The notes under the pieces are model-generated. The model had not been told where the DNA came from. It searched no databases and was given only the letters and a program-made list of their open reading frames with translations. From positions 1 to 64,000 of IMG/VR virus record IMGVR_UViG_3300023212_000537: 64,000 nucleotides of DNA. The stretch is one strand, 5' to 3'. How positions within the stretch are numbered: position 1 is the first letter of the stretch; every line of letters begins with the position of its first letter. Origin of the DNA: a virus. Below are positions 7,910-16,938 of the stretch, one piece after another. A program made the position numbers and the translations under genes.

Positions 7910-9868
7910 ATCGGGAAAAACAGGAAACCTAAGTAGTGGTATTCTATTCTCAGAGGGCAATGCCGCAACTGCTTTTGTTTTGGCAATAAGAGACGTATCG
8001 GAAAGAGAGGCAAATCGCAGGGGAACTGTTCCATGCTGGTTTTTCCCGTAAATATTTCCTGATCCTCTTTTCTTCTGGTCAAATTCAGAAAGCATAAGTC
8101 CAGAAAGCGGATAAGTAAATGGCACAAGTCGTTTTGTGTTTGTTCCTTCGGTAAATAAAAAACAGGATGATTCGTCTTTTCCCCTACCCACTCTGCCGCG
8201 TAATTGATGCAGTCCTGCACTACCGAATCGTTGACTTGATCTGATGACAATACTTGTGGCATTTGGCGCGTCAATTCCTACCTCGATAAGAGGCGTTGCG
8301 ACAAGAAGGGAAATCTCTTTTTTATGAAACGCTTCCATAATCTTTCTTTTTGTACAAGGTTTCATTTTCCCGTGAATAAATGCTATTTTATAGTCGGGAA
8401 ACCGCTTTATCATCTGTATGTACTGCGGAAGAACTGCTGAAACGTTTGCAAGATTGCTTGAGGGAATAATAAACGGACATACATAATATACCTGCTTGCC
8501 CTGTTTCATTTCTTTTTCAAGTCGCGCCCATACTTCTTCTTCCTGCTTTTGTGTGGTAATAATATGCGTTTTAATTGCTTTTCTGCCTTTGGGCATTGTT
8601 TCTATCTTTGAAACAGATAAAAAGCCGTATTTTGTTATCGCAAGCGTTCTTGGAATTGGTGTTGCGGTCATGGTGAGTAAATGCGGAAAACCTGCCTTTG
8701 TTCTAAGAATTCCCCGTTGTACTACGCCAAATCGCTGTTGTTCATCAATAACTACCATACCAGTCTCCCCTCTTATATACGTTTTGTCCGATAGTAATGC
8801 GTGCGTACCTACGAGAATAGTATTTGCCGCTATTTGTTTTCGTTTCTTTTCGGTTATATTACCCGTAATAAGTCCGATTGTAAGAGGTAGATGCGTAAAT
8901 ACGCTGGTTAAGGTAGTGTAATGCTGTTGCGCTAAAATTTCTGTCGGACATAAAAGAAGCGATTGTTTTCCTGCTAAAAAACACATATACATAGCAATAG
9001 CTGCAACAATTGTTTTTCCGCTTCCTACATCTCCTGTTAACAATCTATTCATTGGTGTTTCTTTTTCTATATCCCCCGTTATTGAAAGCACCGCTTTTTG
9101 TTGTCCTGAAGTTAATGCGTAAGGAAGCTTTGCAATAAAAGAAGCAAGTTTTTTCTGTTGCCGCTTCATCGGGAAAGCATTTTTTTGCCTAGCCCACTGG
9201 TTTCTTATCATCTGTCCCTGTTTTTGTACCATTACCAGTTCATCAAACGCAAGTCTTTTCCATGCCTCACGTATAGATTCTTCCGAAGCGGGAAAATGAA
9301 GCGCGTATAAAGCATCGCGTCGAGACAAAAGATTATTTGCGGCAATCACCAAAGGCGTAAGTGTTTCAGGAATATCAGTTGTTTTAAGAAGGAGGGCAAT
9401 TGTTCTTCGTAAAAAAAGGCTGGTAATTTGTCTTGTTCCAGGATAAACAGGAAGCAGTCTTCTGGTATGCAAGGGTCGGGTTTGCGCTTCTTCATAAAGT
9501 GGATTCTGCATACGACGTATACCTTGTCTCATTTCTATTTTTCCAGAAAACGCATATGCTTTGCCTTTAAGAAAGCAGGGGGTATAGCCAAAGAAAACAA
9601 GTTGCATAGTCATTCCCTGATTTATTATCCATACAATTGCATATCTTTTGCCTTTCCCCGTTTGGGAACAAGAAAGAGATACGGGCGTTCCTATAACTGT
9701 TACAAATGTTTCCTCTTGTATATTTCCTATTGGAACTGTTTCTGAAACATCAATATATTTAAAAGGAGGATAGAGTAAAAAATCAGAAACAGTAAGTAAA
9801 CCTAAACGTTTGAGATTTTCAGAAAGCCCTTTGTATTGTGGTTTGCGATCTAAAAATTGCAGATCCAT
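7907..9868 (-). CDS. recG: ATP-dependent DNA helicase RecG
   Basis: 653 aa; GDVGSGKT (motif I), VVIDEQQRFGV (motif II), TATPIPRTL, HQLRGRVGRG, plus an N-terminal wedge-sized region, in RecG order. Confidence 0.9.
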   Translation of the reverse strand: MDLQFLDRKPQYKGLSENLKRLGLLTVSDFLLYPPFKYIDVSETVPIGNIQEETFVTVIGTPVSLSCSQTGKGKRYAIVWIINQGMTMQLVFFGYTPCFLKGKAYAFSGKIEMRQGIRRMQNPLYEEAQTRPLHTRRLLPVYPGTRQITSLFLRRTIALLLKTTDIPETLTPLVIAANNLLSRRDALYALHFPASEESIREAWKRLAFDELVMVQKQGQMIRNQWARQKNAFPMKRQQKKLASFIAKLPYALTSGQQKAVLSITGDIEKETPMNRLLTGDVGSGKTIVAAIAMYMCFLAGKQSLLLCPTEILAQQHYTTLTSVFTHLPLTIGLITGNITEKKRKQIAANTILVGTHALLSDKTYIRGETGMVVIDEQQRFGVVQRGILRTKAGFPHLLTMTATPIPRTLAITKYGFLSVSKIETMPKGRKAIKTHIITTQKQEEEVWARLEKEMKQGKQVYYVCPFIIPSSNLANVSAVLPQYIQMIKRFPDYKIAFIHGKMKPCTKRKIMEAFHKKEISLLVATPLIEVGIDAPNATSIVIRSSQRFGSAGLHQLRGRVGRGKDESSCFLFTEGTNTKRLVPFTYPLSGLMLSEFDQKKRGSGNIYGKNQHGTVPLRFASLSDTSLIAKTKAVAALPSENRIPLLRFPVFPD

Positions 9869-9871
9869 TTT

Positions 9872-10138
9872 TTACCAGGCGAGGTTTCGCGTATGATGCA
9901 AATACATAAGAAGCAATTCTTCATTTGATACCGCTTTTTGTTCCCATTTTATTTTTTCCTTTTTATGAATTTTTGAGGCAAAACGTACAAGATGAATAGC
10001 CACTTTTTCAAGCATCTTTTGTCCTCTTTCACAATCAAATGAAATAATCTCGGAAAACCAGTTTTTATACGAACAATAACGGAATTCCCGTTTCCAAGGG
10101 TCAACAACAAATCCCTTATAGGTGTAAAATCGCTTCAT
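9872..10138 (-). CDS. hypothetical protein (88 aa)
   Basis: ORF track; 3-nt gap to recG in the same operon. Confidence 0.5.
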   Translation of the reverse strand: MKRFYTYKGFVVDPWKREFRYCSYKNWFSEIISFDCERGQKMLEKVAIHLVRFASKIHKKEKIKWEQKAVSNEELLLMYLHHTRNLAW

Positions 10139-10166
10139 ACCCCCGTCTTCTCCTTTCTTTTATATA

Positions 10167-10625
10167 CTATTTTCGGGCAGAAGAAAACTCTTTTTCTTCT
10201 TCCTTATATTTAAATACCCACCCTTTTGCTCCATAATCATACACCTGTTCTTTCAATCCGCAGAAACAGGAATTTAATCCTTTTTTTGAGGTATCGGTAA
10301 AAGGGTATACGTGGTGAGATAATTCTTTTTCGTCAAAATAACACCATCGTTTCGGCTTATCCTGTTTGAGTGTCATATACCGATCTAAGCATATTTGACT
10401 GTCAAGTAAAACTCCCTGAAATTGAACAACATTCCCTTCTTGTATTCGTTCTTTCCTATTCGGACAATCTTTGAATGGACAAGGGTTTTTAGAAAGTCTG
10501 ACTTTTGCGATTCGTTCTAAAACAGCTTCAAATCGTTTCATTGGCGTTTTATATTTATCAAAAAAAGCGTCTGTTTCCTCGTCGGTTGGGAATAGGGAAT
10601 AAGGATATTTTCTTTTTTTTATCAT
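10167..10625 (-). CDS. hypothetical protein (152 aa, Cys-containing)
   Basis: ORF track; 4-nt overlap with the ParB-like gene. Confidence 0.5.
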   Translation of the reverse strand: MIKKRKYPYSLFPTDEETDAFFDKYKTPMKRFEAVLERIAKVRLSKNPCPFKDCPNRKERIQEGNVVQFQGVLLDSQICLDRYMTLKQDKPKRWCYFDEKELSHHVYPFTDTSKKGLNSCFCGLKEQVYDYGAKGWVFKYKEEEKEFSSARK

Positions 10626-11368
10626 ACTGTTAATACATTTGTTATATCGCTTTGCTTTTTAATACTCATTAGTTCGCTGAATTGTTTAAGGTAATCTGCT
10701 TTTGTTATTCTTTCTGTTATAACAAGCTGGTATTTTTCCAGTTGTTTTACTAAAAGACGAGGGTTATTTTGCGTTCTGAATATATCAAGAGCCTGTAAAA
10801 ATTCTCTTTTATGCCATGATACAGAGTAAAATTTAAAATCAGAAAGCAGCGTTGCCATTTCACAAGCTATCTCATAATCAAGAATTTTAAATTTCCCTTC
10901 TTTGAAATCTTTGTAAATCGAATTCGTATGCACATAATTTTGCGTTAACAAAATAATGGACATGCCAAGAGAAAATTTATAGGTTTCTATAAACTGTTTC
11001 AATTTCAAATATTCTATTTTCTCAAGCGCAACATAACTATGAAAGTAATCGGTGGTATTCCAGTTCCTCAATGAAGTATTAAGCGTTATAGCATCAGCAA
11101 GCGAAGCCTCTTCCCGAATAATATAATAAATGGGAATAGCAAGGGCTTTTGCCGCAAGTAAGCGGTGCTGGCCGTCAATAATTTCCCCTTCTCCGCTAAT
11201 AACTATCGGTTCTTGCGGTAAAAAGTTTTTTTTACCAATTGAGGAAATCAGTTCTTTTACATGATAGGAAGAAATTGTTCTGTTTCCTGTAATAAAAATA
11301 AATTTATCGTATTCAGTTGTTTCATATACTTGGATATGCGTTGGTTTTCCTATCAATTCCGCTTTCAT
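10622..11368 (-). CDS. ParB/sulfiredoxin N-terminal-domain protein
   Basis: GEGEIIDGQHRLLAAK carries the ParB/Srx DGxHR signature; 248 aa; no ParA partner seen in the window. Confidence 0.7.
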   Translation of the reverse strand: MKAELIGKPTHIQVYETTEYDKFIFITGNRTISSYHVKELISSIGKKNFLPQEPIVISGEGEIIDGQHRLLAAKALAIPIYYIIREEASLADAITLNTSLRNWNTTDYFHSYVALEKIEYLKLKQFIETYKFSLGMSIILLTQNYVHTNSIYKDFKEGKFKILDYEIACEMATLLSDFKFYSVSWHKREFLQALDIFRTQNNPRLLVKQLEKYQLVITERITKADYLKQFSELMSIKKQSDITNVLTV

Positions 11369-11595
11369 TGTCTCTCTCTTTCTTTAATCGCTTCTCTTAT
11401 CTCTTTGGATAACGCTTTTAACGCTATTTCTTCTCCCAGCGCGGCGTGATTATAGTCTTTTGCCTTTCCCAAATAGGTAGTATACCCAAGAGGGCTTTTA
11501 GGATTATGGCTCATGCCGTATGCATCACTGCCAATAATTATTGTATAACGATCAAATGATTTTCCTTTATTATCAAATACCACAACATTTTTCAT
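11365..11595 (-). CDS. hypothetical protein (76 aa)
   Basis: ORF track; 4-nt overlap with the downstream ParB-like gene. Confidence 0.5.
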   Translation of the reverse strand: MKNVVVFDNKGKSFDRYTIIIGSDAYGMSHNPKSPLGYTTYLGKAKDYNHAALGEEIALKALSKEIREAIKERERQ

Positions 11596-11698
11596 AAATT
11601 ACCAACTTGCGTGATAATAAAAATCTCCGTCTGCTTCTTCGGCCAAAAGTTTCTCAAGCGTTTCCTTTGTATACACAAGATCGTTATAATAATACTGG

Positions 11699-12145
11699 TC
11701 ATAGTCCTGGCTCCCAAAGAAAAATCCCTCCTGGTAATAGTTGTCTGGCAACTGTTGGATCTTTAATGATTTTTCCAATCCCTGTCATTGAGATTTTCTT
11801 TCCGTTTTCGCCGTAGTAATACCCGTTGATAACATCCCCAACAACCAGCTCTGAACTCTCAATAACTTTGGTAACTGTCTTACGAAGCTTTTGCAGTTGT
11901 TCCTTACTTACATAATAAGATCCACAATCGTCTTTTCCCTTTTGTATTGTTGTAACAAACCAGTTATGAATAGCGTTTGCTTTTCTCCAATACATTACTT
12001 CCTCAGTAATCTCACTGATACGTTCATTCTTAATACTTCCTAAAGGAAAGCAAACGCCTGTTTGCTCTTTTAGTACAGTAACCTTTACCTGTTTTTCGCT
12101 CTCTTTCCACTTATTGCCTATATAGTGTTTTTTGTGCAAAAACAT
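11699..12145 (-). CDS. hypothetical protein (148 aa)
   Basis: ORF track; YWRKANAIHNWFV..GKDDCGSYYVSKEQL looks like a recurrent phage family of unknown function (recalled from memory, not searched). Confidence 0.55.
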   Translation of the reverse strand: MFLHKKHYIGNKWKESEKQVKVTVLKEQTGVCFPLGSIKNERISEITEEVMYWRKANAIHNWFVTTIQKGKDDCGSYYVSKEQLQKLRKTVTKVIESSELVVGDVINGYYYGENGKKISMTGIGKIIKDPTVARQLLPGGIFLWEPGL

Positions 12146-12325
12146 ATCGAGTCCTATGATACTACCCTTGCTTTCTGCTCTTGTATGGCAATATATGCCA
12201 ATAACTGCGAAAGTGAAAAACTCTCAATCCTTTTATGAAAAGGAACAATCAAAAACCATTTTCTTTTCTGTCTGAATAATTTGTATCTCATGTCTTTCTT
12301 TTTCTTATCCTTATAATTACTAAGT

Positions 12326-12355
12326 ATTGTATCATATTAAGTTAATACTTGTCAA
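12326..12355 (-). promoter_or_regulatory. sigma70-like leftward promoter at the distal end of array 3
   Basis: minus strand TTGACA (12350-12355), 18 nt, TACAAT (12326-12331); context ATCTATTGACAA. Confidence 0.55.
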
Positions 12356-12360
12356 TAGAT

Positions 12361-12625
12361 AACGCAATGCTTTTATGTAAAAATTCCAGTATAGGCTTAC
12401 GCAATTATTTTGTGTAATAACTCGCACAATGGCTACGCAACCTTTTTATGTAATAATTCTGCTCACGGCTTTACGCAATATATTTGTGTAATAATCTCAA
12501 GTATGGCTCGCATGACTTATTTGTTATAAAAAACTTTTTTGGCTGTGCGCAAAAAATGGGCTGAAACAATTTCACCTCTGGCTAACTACGCATATTGTAA
12601 GTGTAATAAACTCTTCTATGGCTTA
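12361..12625 (-). repeat. bipartite-repeat array 3 (8 units, minus orientation)
   Basis: on + it reads ggcttacgca..tgtgtaataa, ggctacgca..tgtaataa, ggctcgca..tgttataa, ggctaactacgca..tgtaataa. The first AGCC box lies inside the last codons of ORF 12616..12840. The last box, TGCGTTATC, abuts the promoter. Confidence 0.9.
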
Positions 12626-12840
12626 TACTGATTGCGATTTTCTTCTCTTTCCTTCATTGAGGATACTAATGTATTCCCCTCTTTTGTTACTTCCCATTTA
12701 TAAAATTGATCTAAAAGATTTTTAACTTCATTTATCGGTTTCCATATTTTTCCCCTCTTATAATACCAATAATTTATATGTACTGTTTGATATATTTCTT
12801 TATTTATATATACAGTAACAGCGACTTTTATCTTTCTCAT
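12616..12840 (-). CDS. hypothetical protein (74 aa)
   Basis: ORF track. Confidence 0.45.
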   Translation of the reverse strand: MRKIKVAVTVYINKEIYQTVHINYWYYKRGKIWKPINEVKNLLDQFYKWEVTKEGNTLVSSMKEREENRNQYKP

Positions 12841-12845
12841 ATAGG

Positions 12846-13184
12846 TTAATTTGCCGATAACTCTTTACTTTTTTTTATTTCCGCTATTTTTGTCATCATA
12901 ATCGTATTGATTTTTTTCTCAAGCGTTCTTTGTAGGTGTTTTTTATATAAAAAGATAGCCTTTTTTCCTATGCCTGAAAGTCTTTTAGAAGACATAGAGG
13001 GCATATCTTTGTAAATAGTTTCTTTCTTGACAATACTCATTATTTCATTGCAACAAGTGAAAATATGCGTATTGGGCAAATAAAAGTAATCATCATAGGA
13101 GGCTGAATACTCACTGAAACAATCAAAACATAAAAGCATATATGGATTGTTTCCCTTTGGCAGATTTTTTTTAATTGCTAACAT
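12846..13184 (-). CDS. hypothetical Cys-rich protein (112 aa)
   Basis: ORF track; CFDCF..CCNEIM suggests a small zinc-binding module. Confidence 0.45.
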   Translation of the reverse strand: MLAIKKNLPKGNNPYMLLCFDCFSEYSASYDDYFYLPNTHIFTCCNEIMSIVKKETIYKDMPSMSSKRLSGIGKKAIFLYKKHLQRTLEKKINTIMMTKIAEIKKSKELSAN

Positions 13185-13305
13185 ATTTCATCCCTAAATT
13201 ACCGTTGTTCTAACAATGTTTTATGCATATTCTTTATATTCATTTCTTCTTTGTATTTTATACTGTTTTCCATTTTTTATTTGTTCTTTTTGTTGCGTAT
13301 TCATA

Positions 13306-13542
13306 TTATCTTGTTACTTCTTCATGCATCTGAGCAAGTAACCTTTGTCCTTTTTTACTCGCAAACTCGATAAACTCAGGGTAAAAACCATCATACCCGA
13401 TATGAAGCTTGCGAAATTGTTGTAACCGCAAATCTAGCGTATATCCTTTAAATTCCTTGAGTTCTCTTATTATGCCTTTTCCTTTCTCCCTAGGCTCATA
13501 CGCTTGTAAACAAAGTTCACAAATATATACTTGTTCATTCAT
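13306..13542 (-). CDS. hypothetical protein (78 aa)
   Basis: ORF track; 4-nt overlap with the upstream ORF; N-terminal CELC pair. Confidence 0.5.
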   Translation of the reverse strand: MNEQVYICELCLQAYEPREKGKGIIRELKEFKGYTLDLRLQQFRKLHIGYDGFYPEFIEFASKKGQRLLAQMHEEVTR

Positions 13543-13952
13543 ATTTGTATTCCGTGTTTTGCTAACAGATTTTTCGCTTTCTCTATATCGCTATCTCTTT
13601 GAAGACTCGCCTCCACTTTTTCCACATGAGCCTTATTCTCCCTGGCAATTTCTTTTATCGCAATTAAAATATTGTCATGACTTGCGCAATACTCTTGTCC
13701 CAAGCTTTCAATAAAATACGCATCCTGTAAATAATAGGGTTGATCACTTTCCAGAATGTCTTTTGTTAATAATCGCAAATCTTGATAATAATATTTAAAT
13801 CCGTTTATATCATAATGAGCAATAAATCCACTTAAAAGATGTAAAAACGTATAGCTTGCTTGTGTTAGCCTCTCTATATCCATTGTTTTATACACATTTT
13901 CAATGTTTTTTATTATTGCCCGATTGTTATATGGCGTTAATGGTTTATTCAT
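13539..13952 (-). CDS. hypothetical protein (137 aa)
   Basis: ORF track; overlapping start/stop on both sides. Confidence 0.5.
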   Translation of the reverse strand: MNKPLTPYNNRAIIKNIENVYKTMDIERLTQASYTFLHLLSGFIAHYDINGFKYYYQDLRLLTKDILESDQPYYLQDAYFIESLGQEYCASHDNILIAIKEIARENKAHVEKVEASLQRDSDIEKAKNLLAKHGIQI

Positions 13953-14440
13953 ATCTTTAGTTGTTCTAATGCTTGTTTTACGCTATAAAAAACTTCCCTG
14001 TATGCGTCTTGATACCCAAATTGCCCCGCCTGAATAACTGATCTTCCTACTCCTTCCCACCCGTAATTATTTATTGCATCATCTACAAAACATTCATTGC
14101 CTTTATTGATCCACTCAAGAATATCACTGTTATATACCGACGCTTCAATATTGCTGTTTTCCGAATCATTCAGGTCTTCTTCGCTTGTGCCATTCTTTAA
14201 TAACTCAATTATTGCCTCTATCGACAAAACAACAAACTCATAGCTACTATCTTCATCCAGTCCTGATTCTCTGATAACTTTGGATAACGCGTTGTAATAT
14301 GGGTTATGATCTCTTATTGCTTCATGCTTAAAAGAATAAAAAGATTCACGCACTACGCGCTCTTTATCATCTTTTGATGCGCCGTGAAATACAAAAACTT
14401 CCCGTGCCTCTTTTGCTTTTTCTAACAATGTTTTATTCAT
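13949..14440 (-). CDS. hypothetical protein (163 aa; start moved to MNKTLLEK)
   Basis: the ORF-track start at 14467 would overlap a coupled small ORF; the ATG at 14440 forms an ATGAATAA overlap with the stop of 14433..14591. Confidence 0.5.
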   Translation of the reverse strand: MNKTLLEKAKEAREVFVFHGASKDDKERVVRESFYSFKHEAIRDHNPYYNALSKVIRESGLDEDSSYEFVVLSIEAIIELLKNGTSEEDLNDSENSNIEASVYNSDILEWINKGNECFVDDAINNYGWEGVGRSVIQAGQFGYQDAYREVFYSVKQALEQLKI

Positions 14441-14591
14441 AAAATAAAAGACTATCAATCTCCTCATTCATGCTATAAGGTAAATCTCTCTCACAATCAG
14501 AACAAGTATACGTCTCAAAATCTCCCCCCTCCTGATCATATTCTTCACTCTCTTTTGTCCCTAAATCATACATATACCCGTAATAACTCAT
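14433..14591 (-). CDS. small acidic protein (52 aa)
   Basis: below the ORF-track cutoff; MSYYGYMYDLGTKESEEYDQEGGDFETYTCSDCERDLPYSMNEEIDSLLFYE; stop overlaps the next start. Confidence 0.35.
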   Translation of the reverse strand: MSYYGYMYDLGTKESEEYDQEGGDFETYTCSDCERDLPYSMNEEIDSLLFYE

Positions 14592-14896
14592 AATCCCTTT
14601 TTATCATAGTTTCTTTCTTCTTACTTAATTTAAAAGAACTTACGTAATCCCTATCTGGTACATAGTAACGTAATCCCTATGCTTTATCGTCTATTCACAA
14701 GCAAGATCACGACCCGATAAGCACTACGTAACTTCTTTTAAATTATCAATGTACTTTACTCTAGGTTAGATTTATAGTTTCCCCAGTGTCGCTGTATACC
14801 CGATAAACATACATAATGTCCCAAAGAAAAAACATATAACTAAAGTGGTGTAAAATATACTCTCTTTCATATACTGTCTTCTTCTTATCCTCTTGT

Positions 14897-14925
14897 ATAA
14901 TACCACAAGAAAACCTGAATGTCAA
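14897..14925 (-). promoter_or_regulatory. strong sigma70-like leftward promoter inside the 1.2-kb non-coding region
   Basis: minus strand TTGACA (14920-14925), 17 nt, TATTAT (14897-14902); followed by a possible 32-aa hydrophobic ORF (14772..14870). Confidence 0.5.
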
Positions 14926-15418
14926 GGGGTAGTTTTAGTTTGCTTTGACTATATGAAGGTGTTTTTTTAGCAGGTAGCGTTACTTATAAGGAAATGCTCT
15001 TTTGTTGTCTATTACTGTATCTATTACATTTTTCTTTTTTTAAGGTGATTTAGGGTGTTTTTTTCTTTTTCTAAGGTAGGATTCCCGAAGGAGTAAGATT
15101 TACCCACTCTGTCCATTTAAAAATAGGTTTGTGAGTATAAATAAGATTCCCGCTAAAAGGTAGTATGTCAGCTTTATTTAGGCTGCTTTTTTCTTAAATG
15201 ATTTCTAAATTACCCATAGGCTTTAGTATGCCTACGAGGCTAATTCCATTCCCTAAAGTATAGCAACTATCATTAAAGAAAGTTACTTACAAAAAGTATA
15301 GTTACTTCCCTTTTGGAAAGTATGTCATACTATATCAGGGTAGATGATCTGTATAAAGGAAGAATATCCTCAGAGTTTTCTAAGAGTTTTTTTTATTTAT
15401 TTTTAGAGTAAGGGTAGT

Positions 15419-15621
15419 AGGGTTTGGATGTAAGCGCGCTGGCAAAACTCGTATCCTCACAGCAAGCAAACCCTTAAAGGGGATGACTTAACCGACCCCA
15501 TCTCTATGCTTAATCTATTCTAAATAATCAATAATCATAAATCATAATTAAACACTCTAGTATATTTTTTCGTATCTTTTTAATTGATACGAAAAAATAT
15601 TAGGTAGAGTCATCCCCTTTT
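15419..15621. other. nested inverted repeats plus AT-rich heptamer repeats (candidate origin or structured RNA)
   Basis: Three inverted-repeat pairs: GGGTTTG (15419-15425) with CAAACCC (15467-15473); AAAGGGGATGACT (15476-15488) with AGTCATCCCCTTT (15609-15621); and a perfect 15-bp palindrome ATATTTTTTCGTATC/GATACGAAAAAATAT (15562-15600). Also AATAATC AATAATC ATAAATC ATAATTA at 15523-15550. Confidence 0.6.
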
Positions 15622-15783
15622 ATAGAAAAACAGGTACCGTGTTTTTGGGGATTATATATAAAAATTCCCTATAAACAAGGTAAAAGACAAAAGGGAGGTA
15701 TATATCCATGGATAGGAATAAATAAACAAATAAAGAGACGGTCATTTTTACTTTTATGTTATCGTATCACTTGTGATAATTAC

Positions 15784-15981
15784 TTATTCAAGTAGATGGC
15801 GATACCTAACCATCATAAAATACGATATATATCCTGTTTCCCGTTTAGTTGTCATATAAGGAAACTTTTTCGTATCAGTCGTTTCATCTAGCAACGGCGG
15901 TCTTCTTGGTTGCGTTGCGCACACTTGTGACCTCTGACCACAAACAACAATGGCTTTTAACTCTGCCTCTTTACCCAGCAT
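15784..15981 (-). CDS. hypothetical protein (65 aa), weak
   Basis: ORF track only; no SD or motif. Confidence 0.3.
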   Translation of the reverse strand: MLGKEAELKAIVVCGQRSQVCATQPRRPPLLDETTDTKKFPYMTTKRETGYISYFMMVRYRHLLE

Positions 15982-16022
15982 ATGTAAAAAGGATACGTTT
16001 CTTAAGTACCTTGGCGTATCCT

Positions 16023-16235
16023 TTATAGTGAACCAAATAATGCTTTTGGGTTATGATTTTTGTCAATGTCTTTTTGTACCAACTCATGGTTTGATATTTC
16101 CAGCACTTTCCACCAACGTCTCGGTTCATCACTATTTTTCAGTGTTATTCTTATACCGACTTTAATTTTATCAGCATCAAGCCATGCGACTATTCTGCTG
16201 GTACCGCTTTTTATTACACATTGTTTATATCTCAT
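16023..16235 (-). CDS. hypothetical protein (70 aa)
   Basis: ORF track; first gene of the leftward block; no obvious SD. Confidence 0.4.
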   Translation of the reverse strand: MRYKQCVIKSGTSRIVAWLDADKIKVGIRITLKNSDEPRRWWKVLEISNHELVQKDIDKNHNPKALFGSL

Positions 16236-16374
16236 ATCTTTGTGGAGGAGGTAAGGATTTGCGCATATTTCTGCTTGTCACCTTACATGTTTTTAACTTA
16301 AAAACTCTGTTCTATTACCTTACCTCTTTTTTGTATTTTGAGGTCTAGCGTCTACCTATTCCGCCACTCCTCCA

Positions 16375-16444
16375 TAAAAAAACACAGCCCTTGGACAAGC
16401 TGTGTATATAGCCCAAGTATATACACTTAATCACCTTTTGTCAA
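16375..16444 (-). promoter_or_regulatory. leftward promoter firing directly into a hairpin+U7 element
   Basis: minus strand TTGACA (16439-16444), 17 nt, TATACT (16416-21), then hairpin ACACAGC/GCTGTGT (16382-16405) and U-run (16375-16381); TGTCAAG direct repeat at 16439-45 and 16448-54. Confidence 0.5.
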
Positions 16445-16494
16445 GTCTGTCAAGATAGCAAAATAATATCTACGCTTTTGAGCCTATTGAACTA

Positions 16495-16523
16495 TTGACT
16501 CTTATACAATTGTGGTATATAAT
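16495..16523 (+). promoter_or_regulatory. sigma70-like rightward promoter of the RHH operon
   Basis: TTGACT (16495-16500), 17 nt, TATAAT (16518-16523). Confidence 0.6.
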
Positions 16524-16536
16524 TTGAGGTATGGTA

Positions 16537-16704
16537 ATGTCGCAGACGAATATTTCTTTAGGGAGAGATATGTATGAGCAGGTAAGACAATACGCTTTTA
16601 CGAAGCATATTTCCATGAGTCAGGTTGTTCGTCTGGCTTTGCAATTATTTTTGAGTGTAGAAAAAGAGATAGAGATGGAAGGGAAATTAAATAAAGAAAG
16701 GTGA
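16537..16704 (+). CDS. ribbon-helix-helix (CopG/Arc-like) DNA-binding protein, 55 aa
   Basis: below the ORF-track cutoff; MSQTNISLGRDMYEQVRQYAFTKHISMSQVVRLALQLFL has the beta-strand/helix/helix pattern of RHH repressors; GAGG SD 7 nt upstream. Confidence 0.6.
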   Translation: MSQTNISLGRDMYEQVRQYAFTKHISMSQVVRLALQLFLSVEKEIEMEGKLNKER

Positions 16705-16717
16705 TTATGCGTAGTAT

Positions 16718-16912
16718 ATGCAAAAGCAAAAGGCAAAGAAAAGAGTAGCAATTTCTCATACCAGATCCAGTAAATATGAACGATATAAAATGGGGCATAA
16801 GAGAGAGAAAAATAAGATAAACAGATTGTTAAAACATTTAAAGAGCCATCCAAATGATATGAGAACCGTGAGTAGAATAGAGGAATTGAAACAAAAGGCA
16901 GCTATTTCGTAA
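16718..16912 (+). CDS. small basic protein (64 aa)
   Basis: ORF track; lysine/arginine-rich. Confidence 0.4.
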   Translation: MQKQKAKKRVAISHTRSSKYERYKMGHKREKNKINRLLKHLKSHPNDMRTVSRIEELKQKAAIS

Positions 16913-16938
16913 CTAGGAGTTTTATTTTCCCAAATAAT

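Noticed and set aside
7867-9745. Antisense or alternative-frame ORFs inside recG (7867..8274, 8496..8921, 9428..9745)
   Set aside because: They lie fully inside a gene with unambiguous helicase motifs on the other frame or strand, and they have no SD or motifs.
15419-15500. A tRNA or tmRNA-like gene in the structured block (GGGTTTGGAT..ATCC..CAAACCC)
   Set aside because: There is no T-loop (GTTCGAATC-type) or D-loop signature, no 7-bp acceptor stem with a discriminator/CCA context, and the stem geometry does not fit a cloverleaf.
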